Assembly (NCBI GenBank): GCA_937905825.1
Contig: CALCXM010000039.1
Location: 1,326-65,325 of the forward strand
Direction: 5' to 3'
Origin: an uncultured bacterium
Lineage (GTDB): Bacteria; Planctomycetota; UBA1135; GCA-002686595
Length of the DNA stretch: 64,000 nt
Below are positions 28,310-36,904 of this stretch, one piece after another; within the stretch, counting starts at the first letter, position 1; each line of letters begins with the position of its first letter. Below the pieces are notes generated by a model. It did not search any database. It was not told where the DNA came from and saw nothing but the letters and a program-made list of their open reading frames with translations. Made by a program: the position numbers and the translations under genes.

Positions 28310-28346
28310 GGGTCGTCCCGCTCAATAGCGGGACGGCCCTTTTTTT
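28310..28346 (+). terminator. rho-independent terminator closing the secretin/ExbBD block
   Basis: GGGTCGTCCCGC-TCAATA-GCGGGACGGCCC (12-bp stem, one mismatch) followed by TTTTTTT, 23 nt after the secretin-2 stop. Confidence 0.8.
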
Positions 28347-28435
28347 GCGTGAAGGGCTGATCCCCTCGGTCCTCTAGTATCTGTGACTTCCGGTCACTCC
28401 TGGGATCCAGCCCCACTAGCCCCACCCCCGCTTCC

Positions 28436-29158
28436 ATGTCTGGTCTCGACGCGATCTTCTTCGATATCGATGACACCCTGTTCCCCACCTCCGAGTTCGC
28501 CAAGCGCGCGCGCTGGAACGCGGTCAAAGCCATGGTGGCCGCAGGCCTGAACGCTTCGGAGAACACGGTCTACGCGGAGCTCTCCGAGGTCATCTCCGAG
28601 TTCACCTCGAACTACGGCCGGCACTTCGATCACTTGATGAAGCGCCTGGGGCCCGACCCCACACGGGGGACCAACCTGGCCCTGGTGATCGCTGCTGGTG
28701 TGGTGGCCTACCACGACACCAAGTTCCAGGAGATCGCCCCCTTCGACGACGTGATCCCGCTGCTCAAGGACTTGCAGGAACAAGACCTGCTGGTGGGCAT
28801 CATCACCCACGGCTGGACGGACAAGCAGGCGGAGAAGCTGGTGCGTTTGGGCCTGGTCCCCTATTTGGATGCCGACGCCATCTACATATCCGAGCAGGTT
28901 GGCATTTCGAAGCCCAACCCCAAGCTCTACTTGCACGCCCTCGCAAAACACAAGCTCGATCCCAAGCGCGTGATGTACGTGGGCGACAATCCCCTGCACG
29001 ACGTGGCCCCCGCGCGCTCCCTCGGCATGCCCACCGCCTGGGCCAGCCGCGCCGCCCGCAAATCCCCCGCCGAACTCGGGGTCGAGATCGACCACTCGAT
29101 CACGAACTTCGAACAGCTGCGGGTGGTCCTGCGCCAGCACTACGACGTGAAGGTGTAA
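28436..29158 (+). CDS. HAD-superfamily hydrolase (subfamily IA-like)
   Basis: DAIFFDIDDTLF (DxDxT motif I), ...GIITHG (motif II-like), VGDNPLHDV (motif IV). Confidence 0.8.
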   Translation: MSGLDAIFFDIDDTLFPTSEFAKRARWNAVKAMVAAGLNASENTVYAELSEVISEFTSNYGRHFDHLMKRLGPDPTRGTNLALVIAAGVVAYHDTKFQEIAPFDDVIPLLKDLQEQDLLVGIITHGWTDKQAEKLVRLGLVPYLDADAIYISEQVGISKPNPKLYLHALAKHKLDPKRVMYVGDNPLHDVAPARSLGMPTAWASRAARKSPAELGVEIDHSITNFEQLRVVLRQHYDVKV

Positions 29159-29224
29159 GGCGCTGGGAGGACCGAGCGAAGATGCGGCGCTTGCCGCGTC
29201 CCAGCGAGTCCCAGGAAGAACCCC

Positions 29225-29668
29225 ATGCCCAAGCCCATAACCCCGATGGTCGGATGCGACACGTTCGTCGTGAACGAGCGCGAGGAAGTCTGCCTGGTGC
29301 GCCGAGCTGACAACGGCCTGTGGGCCCTTCCGGGAGGCTACCAAGACCTAGGCGAGACCCCCGTGGAATGCGCCGCTCGTGAATTCCGTGAGGAAACCGG
29401 CCTCCTGATCAAAGTCACCCGGCTACTCGGGGTGTACAGCTCAACCAAGTACTCCGACCCGACGGGAGTCCTACGCGGCCACGAGGTCACCCACATCCTC
29501 TACCAAGGCGTGCAGGTTGGCGGTCAGGAACAGCCGTCGCCGGAAACTCCAGCGATCGGCTGGTACGCCTCCGAGGACCTCCCCGAGCTCTCCAGTGGCC
29601 ATGCCCGCATCATCCGGCAGGGCTTCCGCTCGCTCTCCGATTCCGACCTTGCCCCGCACATGGAGTAG
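29225..29668 (+). CDS. NUDIX hydrolase
   Basis: Nudix box GGYQDLGETPVECAAREFREETGL (GX5EX7REUXEEXGU). Confidence 0.8.
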   Translation: MPKPITPMVGCDTFVVNEREEVCLVRRADNGLWALPGGYQDLGETPVECAAREFREETGLLIKVTRLLGVYSSTKYSDPTGVLRGHEVTHILYQGVQVGGQEQPSPETPAIGWYASEDLPELSSGHARIIRQGFRSLSDSDLAPHME

Positions 29669-29713
29669 GGAACCCCGGGCCAGTGCAAATGTCCCACCCC
29701 GGGGAAGCTGTTC

Positions 29714-30742
29714 CTACAACAAGTGGCAAGCCGCCGCTTGGGTTGGGCTGAGTTGCTTGGTTTCGGGGTAGCTCTCGTGGCAGTGCTTTTCCGCCACGGG
29801 GCAACGGGGGGCGAAGTGGCAGCCGGGGGGCGGGTTCATGGGAGAGGGCACGTCGCCGGTGAGCGGGATGTGCTGCATCTTGCGCTTGGGGTCCGGGCGC
29901 GGGACGGCGGACAGCAAGGCCTGAGTGTAGGGATGCCGGGGGTTCTGGAAGACCTCCTGGCTGGTGCCCACCTCCACGATGCGGCCGAGGTACATCACGG
30001 CGATGCGGCTGGAGAGGTAGCGCACCACCGACAGGTCGTGGGCGATGAACAGGTAGGAGAGCTTGAGCTCGTCCTGCAAGTCCTTCAACAGGTTGATGAC
30101 CTGGGCTTGGATCGAAACGTCCAGGGCGCTGACCGCTTCGTCGCAGACGATGAAGCGCGGCTCGAGCGCCAGGGCCCGGGCAATGCCGATGCGTTGGCGT
30201 TGGCCGCCGGAGAACTCGTGAGCGAAACGGTTGAAGCTGTCGCTGCGCAAGCCAACGCGCACCAAAAGCTGCTCCACGCGATCCTCCAACTCCGCGCCCT
30301 TAGCGATGCCGTGCACGCGCAACGCTTCCCCCACGATGTTGCCCGCGGTCTTGCGCGGATTGAGGCTGGAGTAGGGATCCTGAAAGATCATCTGCAGGTC
30401 CCGGCGTGCGAGCTTCATCTTCTTGCCCGAGAGCTTGAACAGCTCGATCTCGCGACCATCCGGGCGATAGATGGCCTTGCCCGCGGTGGGTTCCAAGAGT
30501 CGCAGGAGCGTTCGGCCCGCGGTGGTCTTGCCGCAACCGGACTCGCCCACCAGGCTCAAGGTTTCCTTGTGCCCGACTTCAAAGGAGAGTCCGTCCACGG
30601 CCTTCACGTCCCCCACGTGACGGGAGAAGATCCCCTTGCGAATGGGGAAGTACTTCTTCATCCCCTCGACGCTGATCAGTGGGCCCGCGGCCGCGCTTGT
30701 CTTGTCCGTTGACATGTTTTGCTTCTCTGTGGCCAGGCTCAT
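29714..30742 (-). CDS. oligopeptide/dipeptide-type ABC transporter ATP-binding protein (OppF/DppF-like)
   Basis: Walker [10 protein letters not shown], signature [15 protein letters not shown], Walker [13 protein letters not shown], oligopeptide C-terminal domain ([14 protein letters not shown]...[12 protein letters not shown]). ATG 30742 overlaps the upstream stop (ATGA). Confidence 0.85.
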   Translation of the reverse strand: MSLATEKQNMSTDKTSAAAGPLISVEGMKKYFPIRKGIFSRHVGDVKAVDGLSFEVGHKETLSLVGESGCGKTTAGRTLLRLLEPTAGKAIYRPDGREIELFKLSGKKMKLARRDLQMIFQDPYSSLNPRKTAGNIVGEALRVHGIAKGAELEDRVEQLLVRVGLRSDSFNRFAHEFSGGQRQRIGIARALALEPRFIVCDEAVSALDVSIQAQVINLLKDLQDELKLSYLFIAHDLSVVRYLSSRIAVMYLGRIVEVGTSQEVFQNPRHPYTQALLSAVPRPDPKRKMQHIPLTGDVPSPMNPPPGCHFAPRCPVAEKHCHESYPETKQLSPTQAAACHLL

Positions 30743-31776
30743 AGCTTCTCCGCCTCTTCCAAGTGGTGGCACGCCACCGTGTGTCCGGAACCCGATTCGG
30801 CTTCGACGAGCGCCGGCTCTTCGTTCACGCACTTGTCTGAGGCCAAGAGGCAGCGCGTGCGGAAACGGCAACCCGTAGGAAAATGGAACGCGCTGGGCAC
30901 GATGCCATCGATCGTCGCCAAGCGTTCCCCGGGTCCCGCCAAGTCCGGCAGGGAGTGGAACAGGCCGATGGTGTAGGGATGGCGTGGTTTGCCGAAGATC
31001 GATTCCACATCCCCATACTCGACTACCTTGCCCGCGTACATCACGGCCACGTGGTCGGTGGTTTGGGCGACGACGCCCAGGTCATGGGTGATCAGCACGA
31101 CGCTCATGCCTTCGCGTCTTTGCAAGTCCGTGATCAAGGCCAGCACCTGAGCTTGAATCGTCACGTCCAAGGCCGTGGTGGGCTCGTCGGCGATCAGGAG
31201 CTGAGGACTGCAAGCCATGGCCATGGCGATCATCACGCGCTGACGCATGCCCCCGGAAAGTTGGTGCGGGTACTCGTCCACCCGTTGCCGCGGACTCGGA
31301 ATGCCGACCTTCTCCAACATGGAGATCGCGTGATTGCGGGCCGCGTCCTTGTCGAAGCCCTGGTGCAACATCACGGTCTCCATGATTTGATTGCCCACGG
31401 TGAAGACCGGGTTGAGCGCGGTCATGGGCTCCTGGAAGATCATCGAGATGTCGTTGCCGCGCACCTGGCGCATGCGCGCTTCCGAAGCCTTGCATAGGTC
31501 CTCACCACGGAACAGGATCTCGCCGCCCGCGTGGAAGCCGGGAGGCATGGGCACCAGCCCGAGAATCGAGAGGGCGGTCACGCTCTTACCGCAACCGGAC
31601 TCCCCCACGATGCCCAGGGTTTGCCCGGCGAGCACGGAGTAGTTCACCCCGTCCACGGCCTTGGCGATGCCCTCGTCTCCGCGAAAGTGCGTCCTGAGAT
31701 TGCGCACCTCTAGCAGCACTTCGCCCTTCTTGATCTCGGCCCTTTGCGCGGACCTCGCTTGGTTGGAAGTGGCCAT
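30739..31776 (-). CDS. oligopeptide/dipeptide-type ABC transporter ATP-binding protein (OppD/DppD-like)
   Basis: [46 protein letters not shown]...[10 protein letters not shown]. Start ATG 31776 (MATSNQARS...). Confidence 0.85.
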   Translation of the reverse strand: MATSNQARSAQRAEIKKGEVLLEVRNLRTHFRGDEGIAKAVDGVNYSVLAGQTLGIVGESGCGKSVTALSILGLVPMPPGFHAGGEILFRGEDLCKASEARMRQVRGNDISMIFQEPMTALNPVFTVGNQIMETVMLHQGFDKDAARNHAISMLEKVGIPSPRQRVDEYPHQLSGGMRQRVMIAMAMACSPQLLIADEPTTALDVTIQAQVLALITDLQRREGMSVVLITHDLGVVAQTTDHVAVMYAGKVVEYGDVESIFGKPRHPYTIGLFHSLPDLAGPGERLATIDGIVPSAFHFPTGCRFRTRCLLASDKCVNEEPALVEAESGSGHTVACHHLEEAEKL

Positions 31777-31778
31777 GA

Positions 31779-33566
31779 CTAGTTCTTCTTCGCCTTGGGA
31801 TCGAGGGCGTCGCGGAAGGCGTCCCCCACTTGGTTGTAGCAGGTGATCGTGATGAAGATCAGAAGGCCCGGGAAGATCTGAATCCACCAGTTCTCGGCCA
31901 TCTTGGAGTCATTGATCAAGCTGCCCCAGGAGGGCATGGGACGTTGGATGCCGAAGCCCAAGTAGGACAAGGTCGACTCGGTGAGGATTCCCGAAGCCAC
32001 CGCGAAGGCGCCCGCCACGAGTACCGGCGCCATGGCGTTCGGCAGGATGTGCAGGAAGATCGTTCGACGCGAGGAGAAGCCGAGGGACTTGGCAGCCAAG
32101 GCGAACTCCGCTTCACGCAAGCGCAGGAACTCCCCACGCACCAAACGCGCAACTCCCGTCCAACGGATCAAGGCGATCAAGATCACGATCGAGAAGATCG
32201 GCGGGATGATCTTCGGATCGATGAAGGCCGAGACCATCAAGATCAAGAAGAAGGCCGGGATGCACAAAACGATCTCGATGAAGCGCGAGAGGATCAAGTC
32301 CACCATGCCACCGAAGTAACCCGCGATCGAACCGATGATGGTTCCGATGACCACGAGCAAGAAGGCGGAGATCAAGCCCACCGCCAAGCTCACGCGACCG
32401 CCCCACAGAAGCCGCGCCAGGAAGTCGCGACCGGCCGAGTCGGTGCCCAGGATGTGGCGCGTGCTGGCGTTCAGCTCGCTCTCCCCGTAACGCACTTCCA
32501 CGGGCAAGGGCGGAGGCAAGAAGCCCGTCACCGGATCCTTGAGAGGCACCCGCGCACCTCTCACGTAGTAGCCCTCTTCTGAAATCTCCGAAGAGGCAGC
32601 CCAGGTTGGCGGACGGAAGATCTCCGCCCCGTGGATCTCGGCGAAGCCGTAGGGCACCGGCGGCAGCACCGCCAGGGTCTGCACGATCTCGCCACTCGTT
32701 AGCGCGCTCTTGTAACCAGCCACTGTGAAGGTCGGGCTGCCACCGATCGTGGTTCCCCAGGAGATCCCCGCGAGCAGGGAGATGCCCAGGACCAGGCCCC
32801 ACTTGCGAGGACGGGCCTTGCGAATGCGGGTGCGATTGCCTTGCAAGAGCAGCTTGTTCCAGAGCCGGTTCCATAGGGGCCAACCCATGAGGAACAGCCA
32901 CAAGACCATGAAGAACATCTCGACGCCGCTGATGGTCTCGACGATCGGGTAGGAGCGTTGCCCCACTAGCTCCAATCCGCCTTCCTCGGGCTTTGCCGGA
33001 TCCAGCGGTTTGAACTCCACGCGGATGGCCTTGACCATGTCCTTGGTCGCGCTGGCCGCTGCAGCGAGTGCTTCCTTGTCCACCTCGGAGCGTTCGCCGG
33101 AAAGGGACAGAGCCTTGTCGCGCAGGTCCTTGATGGCTGCCGCGAAGGCGTCCATCTCGGTGCCCTTCACCGCTGGCAGGTAGTGCGACATGTCCGCTAC
33201 CTGAGTGAGCACCGCGCCCGCCTCCAGTTTCAAGGCATCCTGGTAGCTTTGGTCCGAGCCCTGGGTGCGTTTGGCGACGTATTCCTCGGGGGTTTGCTTG
33301 GCGATGCGCCCGACTCCCAAAGTGGCCGGGTACAAGGTGCGCAGAGCCTTGTTGTACTCCGCGTAGTTCGCCGCCTCCAACACGTAGGGCCGGTCGTTCG
33401 CGATGACCGGCGCGTAGATCGCCGAGGCGTACATGATCGTCAAGATCACCACCGCGATCTTGAACAACCCGTTGCGACCCAGCTGTTCAAAGACCAGGTC
33501 CCAGTAGTCCTTCGAGTACACCGGCGCGCCGTGGGTCTGCGCGTCTTCCTGATGTGGATTGCTCAT
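31779..33566 (-). CDS. ABC peptide-type permease (OppC/DppC-like) with about 300-aa N-terminal extension containing extra TM segments
   Basis: C-terminal half has the BPD-transport core and EAA-like loop (REAEFALAAKSLGFSSRRTIFLHILPN). Preceded by HILGTDSAGRDFLARLLWG, typical of OppC. The N-terminal 330 aa are unusual. ATG 33566 preferred over TTG 33596. Confidence 0.8.
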   Translation of the reverse strand: MSNPHQEDAQTHGAPVYSKDYWDLVFEQLGRNGLFKIAVVILTIMYASAIYAPVIANDRPYVLEAANYAEYNKALRTLYPATLGVGRIAKQTPEEYVAKRTQGSDQSYQDALKLEAGAVLTQVADMSHYLPAVKGTEMDAFAAAIKDLRDKALSLSGERSEVDKEALAAAASATKDMVKAIRVEFKPLDPAKPEEGGLELVGQRSYPIVETISGVEMFFMVLWLFLMGWPLWNRLWNKLLLQGNRTRIRKARPRKWGLVLGISLLAGISWGTTIGGSPTFTVAGYKSALTSGEIVQTLAVLPPVPYGFAEIHGAEIFRPPTWAASSEISEEGYYVRGARVPLKDPVTGFLPPPLPVEVRYGESELNASTRHILGTDSAGRDFLARLLWGGRVSLAVGLISAFLLVVIGTIIGSIAGYFGGMVDLILSRFIEIVLCIPAFFLILMVSAFIDPKIIPPIFSIVILIALIRWTGVARLVRGEFLRLREAEFALAAKSLGFSSRRTIFLHILPNAMAPVLVAGAFAVASGILTESTLSYLGFGIQRPMPSWGSLINDSKMAENWWIQIFPGLLIFITITCYNQVGDAFRDALDPKAKKN

Positions 33567-33570
33567 GGGA

Positions 33571-34647
33571 TCAGGAATACTTGATGCGTGGGTCAACGAT
33601 AGCGTAGGCGATGTCCGAGAGCAGGATGCCCATCAAGGTCATCACACCGGACAAGGTCATGGTCGCCATGATGATGTTGTAGTCACGTTTCAAGAGGCCC
33701 TTGAACATGTACTCCCCCATGCCGGGCAGGTCGAAGATGACCTCGATCACCAGGGAACCCCCGATCAAGATCGGCAGGATCGAAGCGAAGATCGTGATCA
33801 CCGGGATCATCGAGTTGCGCAGGGCGTGCTTGAAGATGATCGTCTTCTCGCTGAGACCCTTGGCGCGCGCCGTGCGGATGTAGTCCTGGTGAATGACTTC
33901 GATCATGCCCGTGCGCATCTGACGGGAGATGTAGGCCAAGCTGCCGTAGGTCATCACCGTGACGGGCATCAGGAAGTGCTTGAAGGCATCCCACAGGTAG
34001 GGAAGCATGTCCATGTCCGCCGCGTCGCGGCTGTGCAAGCCAATCACGGGCAACCAGCCCAAGCCCGTCTTGCCAAAGGCCAACTTCAGCATCAGTCCCG
34101 CCCAAAAGACGGGAATCGAGTACATGATGAAGAGCCCAACCGTGGTGATCTTGTCGATGGTCATTCCCGCTCGATTGGCTGAATAGATACCGATCGGCAG
34201 GGCCAAGAGGTACGTCAGCATGATCGAGATCAAGGCCAGGGGCAGAGTGGTCGAGAGCAAGCGCTTCTTGATCTCTTCCCCGATGTGCTTGTTCTTGTTC
34301 AGCAGTTCCTTGCCGAAGTCGAAGACCAGGAACCCGCCGTAGGGGTTGCGCCCATCCCCGCCGAACAACTCGTGTCCATCGGGCTTGACGTTGAACGGCC
34401 CAAGGACTCCCGCGTACTGAACGAGGAAGCTGCGGTCGAGGGCGTTCTCTTTCTTGAAGGCGTCGATGCGCGCTTGGTAATCGACGCCGTCCTGGCTGAC
34501 TTCCCCGCTGGAACCGCCCGAGCCGATCCCCATCATCATCATGGCGGGGTCACCGGGAGCTGCGTGCAATAGGCCGAGGATGATGAGGATGATTCCGAGC
34601 AGTGTCGGCACCATCCACATCAAACGGCGGATGAGATATTGAAGCAC
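33571..34647 (-). CDS. ABC peptide-type permease (OppB/DppB-like)
   Basis: MLQYLIRRLMWMVPTLLGIILIILGLLHAAPGDP is the classic OppB N-terminus. EAA loop QDYIRTARAKGLSEKTIIFKHALRN. Confidence 0.85.
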   Translation of the reverse strand: MLQYLIRRLMWMVPTLLGIILIILGLLHAAPGDPAMMMMGIGSGGSSGEVSQDGVDYQARIDAFKKENALDRSFLVQYAGVLGPFNVKPDGHELFGGDGRNPYGGFLVFDFGKELLNKNKHIGEEIKKRLLSTTLPLALISIMLTYLLALPIGIYSANRAGMTIDKITTVGLFIMYSIPVFWAGLMLKLAFGKTGLGWLPVIGLHSRDAADMDMLPYLWDAFKHFLMPVTVMTYGSLAYISRQMRTGMIEVIHQDYIRTARAKGLSEKTIIFKHALRNSMIPVITIFASILPILIGGSLVIEVIFDLPGMGEYMFKGLLKRDYNIIMATMTLSGVMTLMGILLSDIAYAIVDPRIKYS

Positions 34648-34672
34648 TTGTCTTTGCTTTTCCTAGTCGACC

Positions 34673-36757
34673 TTACTGGGCCGACTTCGCCAAGCTCGCC
34701 CGGGTGCCCGCCGTGCCCGCCGGGTAGAACCAGCGACGGATCGCGTAGCCCGGGGCAATCTTGAAGCTCTGGAAGCCGCGGATCTTCTTGTTCATCGCAA
34801 ACTTGCGCGGCGTGTTCATACCGAACATGTAGGGATGGACCTCCTCGTAGATGCGTCTGTGCAGGGATTGCCAGATCTTGTGGCGCTTGGTCTCGTCGAG
34901 TTCGATTTGTCCCGCCTCGATGAGCGCGTCGACCCCTTTGTCCATCACCCCGCACATGTTGGAACTCTTCTGATCCTTCGAACCCCACTTGGAATGGAAG
35001 AGTTGCTCCGGATCGCTTTCCACCGGGGGCACCCAGGCCAGGTTGACCAGGTCGTATTCGCGCTCGAGCATCCGATCGAGGAAGGTCGCCCACTCCAGAT
35101 TGCTCATGTTCACTTTGATCCCAAGCGGCGCGTAGGACTCCTGCAGCTTCAAGCCGAAACTGGAGGAGGCGTCGTTGCCCGTCGGATACAAGAAGTCCAA
35201 CTCTAGCTTGATGCCGTCCTTGTCGATGATGCCGTCCCCATCGCGGTCGTACCAACCGGCTTCGGCCAGAAGCTCTTCCGCGGCGTCCGGATCGTAGGGT
35301 AGAAACTCCACATCGCGGTTGTAGCCCCCGCCAAAGTAGTTCTGGGGGCCGTTGACGCGAGTCGCCAGGTTCTTGTACTTGGTGCGCTTGTACTCCTCCC
35401 AGTCAAAGGCCATGGTCAAGGCCTTGCGCACCTCCAGGTCTTTGAGCTGCGGCCGCAGCATGTTCATGCCGGTGAACCCGTAGGTGCCCGTGTAGAAGTA
35501 GCCCTTGTAGAAGGAGTCCGTGAAGGAGGAATCGGCGGTTGCTTCGCCAAAGTAGTCCTCCGGCTTGACCCGAGCAAAGTAGTCCAGCTCATCGTTCACG
35601 AGCGAATTGAAGGCCGTGTTGTCATCGCTGATGTGGCGCCAGATGATCTTGTCCACGTACCCAGCCTGCTCCGGCTTGTAGTAGCCCTCGAAGCGCTCGG
35701 CGACAATCGTGCGATCGTCCCAACTCACGATCTTGTAGGGCCCCAGACCAACCCAGTCCGTGTTGTGTGGATTCTCGTTGATGTAGGTCCCGAGTTCGGC
35801 CTGACTAAAGACGTGCCCCGCGCCGTGTAGTTTGGTGAACTCCGCGTGGGTCTCCGGGTCGTAGGTCTTGTTGTCCGGATCGTTCAGATCGAACAGGTGC
35901 CGGGGCAGGATGCACATGGAGCCTGGAACATCCAAGGCCTTGAAGTACTGCTTCTCGAAGACGAAGCGCACGGTCGTCGGATCGACCACTTCGCCAGCCA
36001 GGATCTGCTGGAAGGAGAAACGGGTCTCGTCCGCTTCCACGGACATGTTGCCGTAGATCTCCCAGCTGAACAGAACGTCGTCCGCGTCAAACAGGTGGCC
36101 GTCGTGCCACTTGCAGTTGTCCGGCAGGTAGTAGGTGAAGACCGTGCCCCGCTCGAGGGACTGCACGTCCTCAGCGGCAACCGTCATGGACTGGCCCTTG
36201 CCCAACATGGTGCCCTTGCTCGCGCCCGTCACCGTGTAGCCGCCGTCGGTTTCTAGGACGGTTCCATAGATGATGTGCCGGGCCTTCTCTCCCGCGCCAA
36301 TCGCCTTGGCCCCGGGGTACTTGGCGGCAGCTTCAGGCCTGAGGATCAGCTGGTCTTCGTTCTCAAAGCTCTCCGCCAAGCTCGGGCGGTAGTCCCACAT
36401 CTCCCAGTCTTGCAGCACGAGTTGGTCGTGGACTTCGTAGCGGATCCAGGTCGCAACCGCGGAGTTCCCCACCGCGTTGTTGAGCCCCTCCACCATCGAA
36501 GAGAGGTGCACGACCACTTCGCCGCCATAAGCCTTCTCAACCGCCACTCCCTTGTTTGGGTGGAATTCGTCCACCAGGGCCTCGTGGGGCCCCTCCACTT
36601 CGTCCGGCACACCCGTCGTCACCCCGGCGGCCAGGGCCAACCCTCCCAGCCCAGCGAGGGCGGGAAGGACCAACAATGCGGTCCGAGCCATCCGCTGCGG
36701 CCGGGCGATCCAAGGAAAGAGGGGGGATACGGCGCGGGTTTGGGGCTGACGAGTCAT
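34673..36757 (-). CDS. ABC transporter substrate-binding protein, family 5 (OppA/DppA-like)
   Basis: About 690 aa with signal-like N-terminus (MARTALLVLPALAGLGGLALAAG). SBP_bac_5-like regions (...GPYKIVSWDDRTIVAERFEGYY..., ...LAWVPPVESDPEQLFHS...). Alternative start ATG 36691. Confidence 0.8.
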   Translation of the reverse strand: MTRQPQTRAVSPLFPWIARPQRMARTALLVLPALAGLGGLALAAGVTTGVPDEVEGPHEALVDEFHPNKGVAVEKAYGGEVVVHLSSMVEGLNNAVGNSAVATWIRYEVHDQLVLQDWEMWDYRPSLAESFENEDQLILRPEAAAKYPGAKAIGAGEKARHIIYGTVLETDGGYTVTGASKGTMLGKGQSMTVAAEDVQSLERGTVFTYYLPDNCKWHDGHLFDADDVLFSWEIYGNMSVEADETRFSFQQILAGEVVDPTTVRFVFEKQYFKALDVPGSMCILPRHLFDLNDPDNKTYDPETHAEFTKLHGAGHVFSQAELGTYINENPHNTDWVGLGPYKIVSWDDRTIVAERFEGYYKPEQAGYVDKIIWRHISDDNTAFNSLVNDELDYFARVKPEDYFGEATADSSFTDSFYKGYFYTGTYGFTGMNMLRPQLKDLEVRKALTMAFDWEEYKRTKYKNLATRVNGPQNYFGGGYNRDVEFLPYDPDAAEELLAEAGWYDRDGDGIIDKDGIKLELDFLYPTGNDASSSFGLKLQESYAPLGIKVNMSNLEWATFLDRMLEREYDLVNLAWVPPVESDPEQLFHSKWGSKDQKSSNMCGVMDKGVDALIEAGQIELDETKRHKIWQSLHRRIYEEVHPYMFGMNTPRKFAMNKKIRGFQSFKIAPGYAIRRWFYPAGTAGTRASLAKSAQ

Positions 36758-36904
36758 CTAAAGCCTTTGGTTTGCGGTGATCAGTGCGCGGGGAGAGCCC
36801 CCACGGGGCCCGCAAGCTACCCGAATCGAGCCCCCAGGTCAAGGTCGTAAATCCTTGCCAAACAAAGGCTTGCGTCGGTCCTGCCGCGTCTGTAGCCTGC
36901 TTGG

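Noticed and set aside
26683-28566. 627-aa ORF antisense to secretin-2, running across the terminator and into the HAD gene region
   Set aside because: It crosses a canonical terminator and two well-supported genes on the opposite strand. No recognisable motif.
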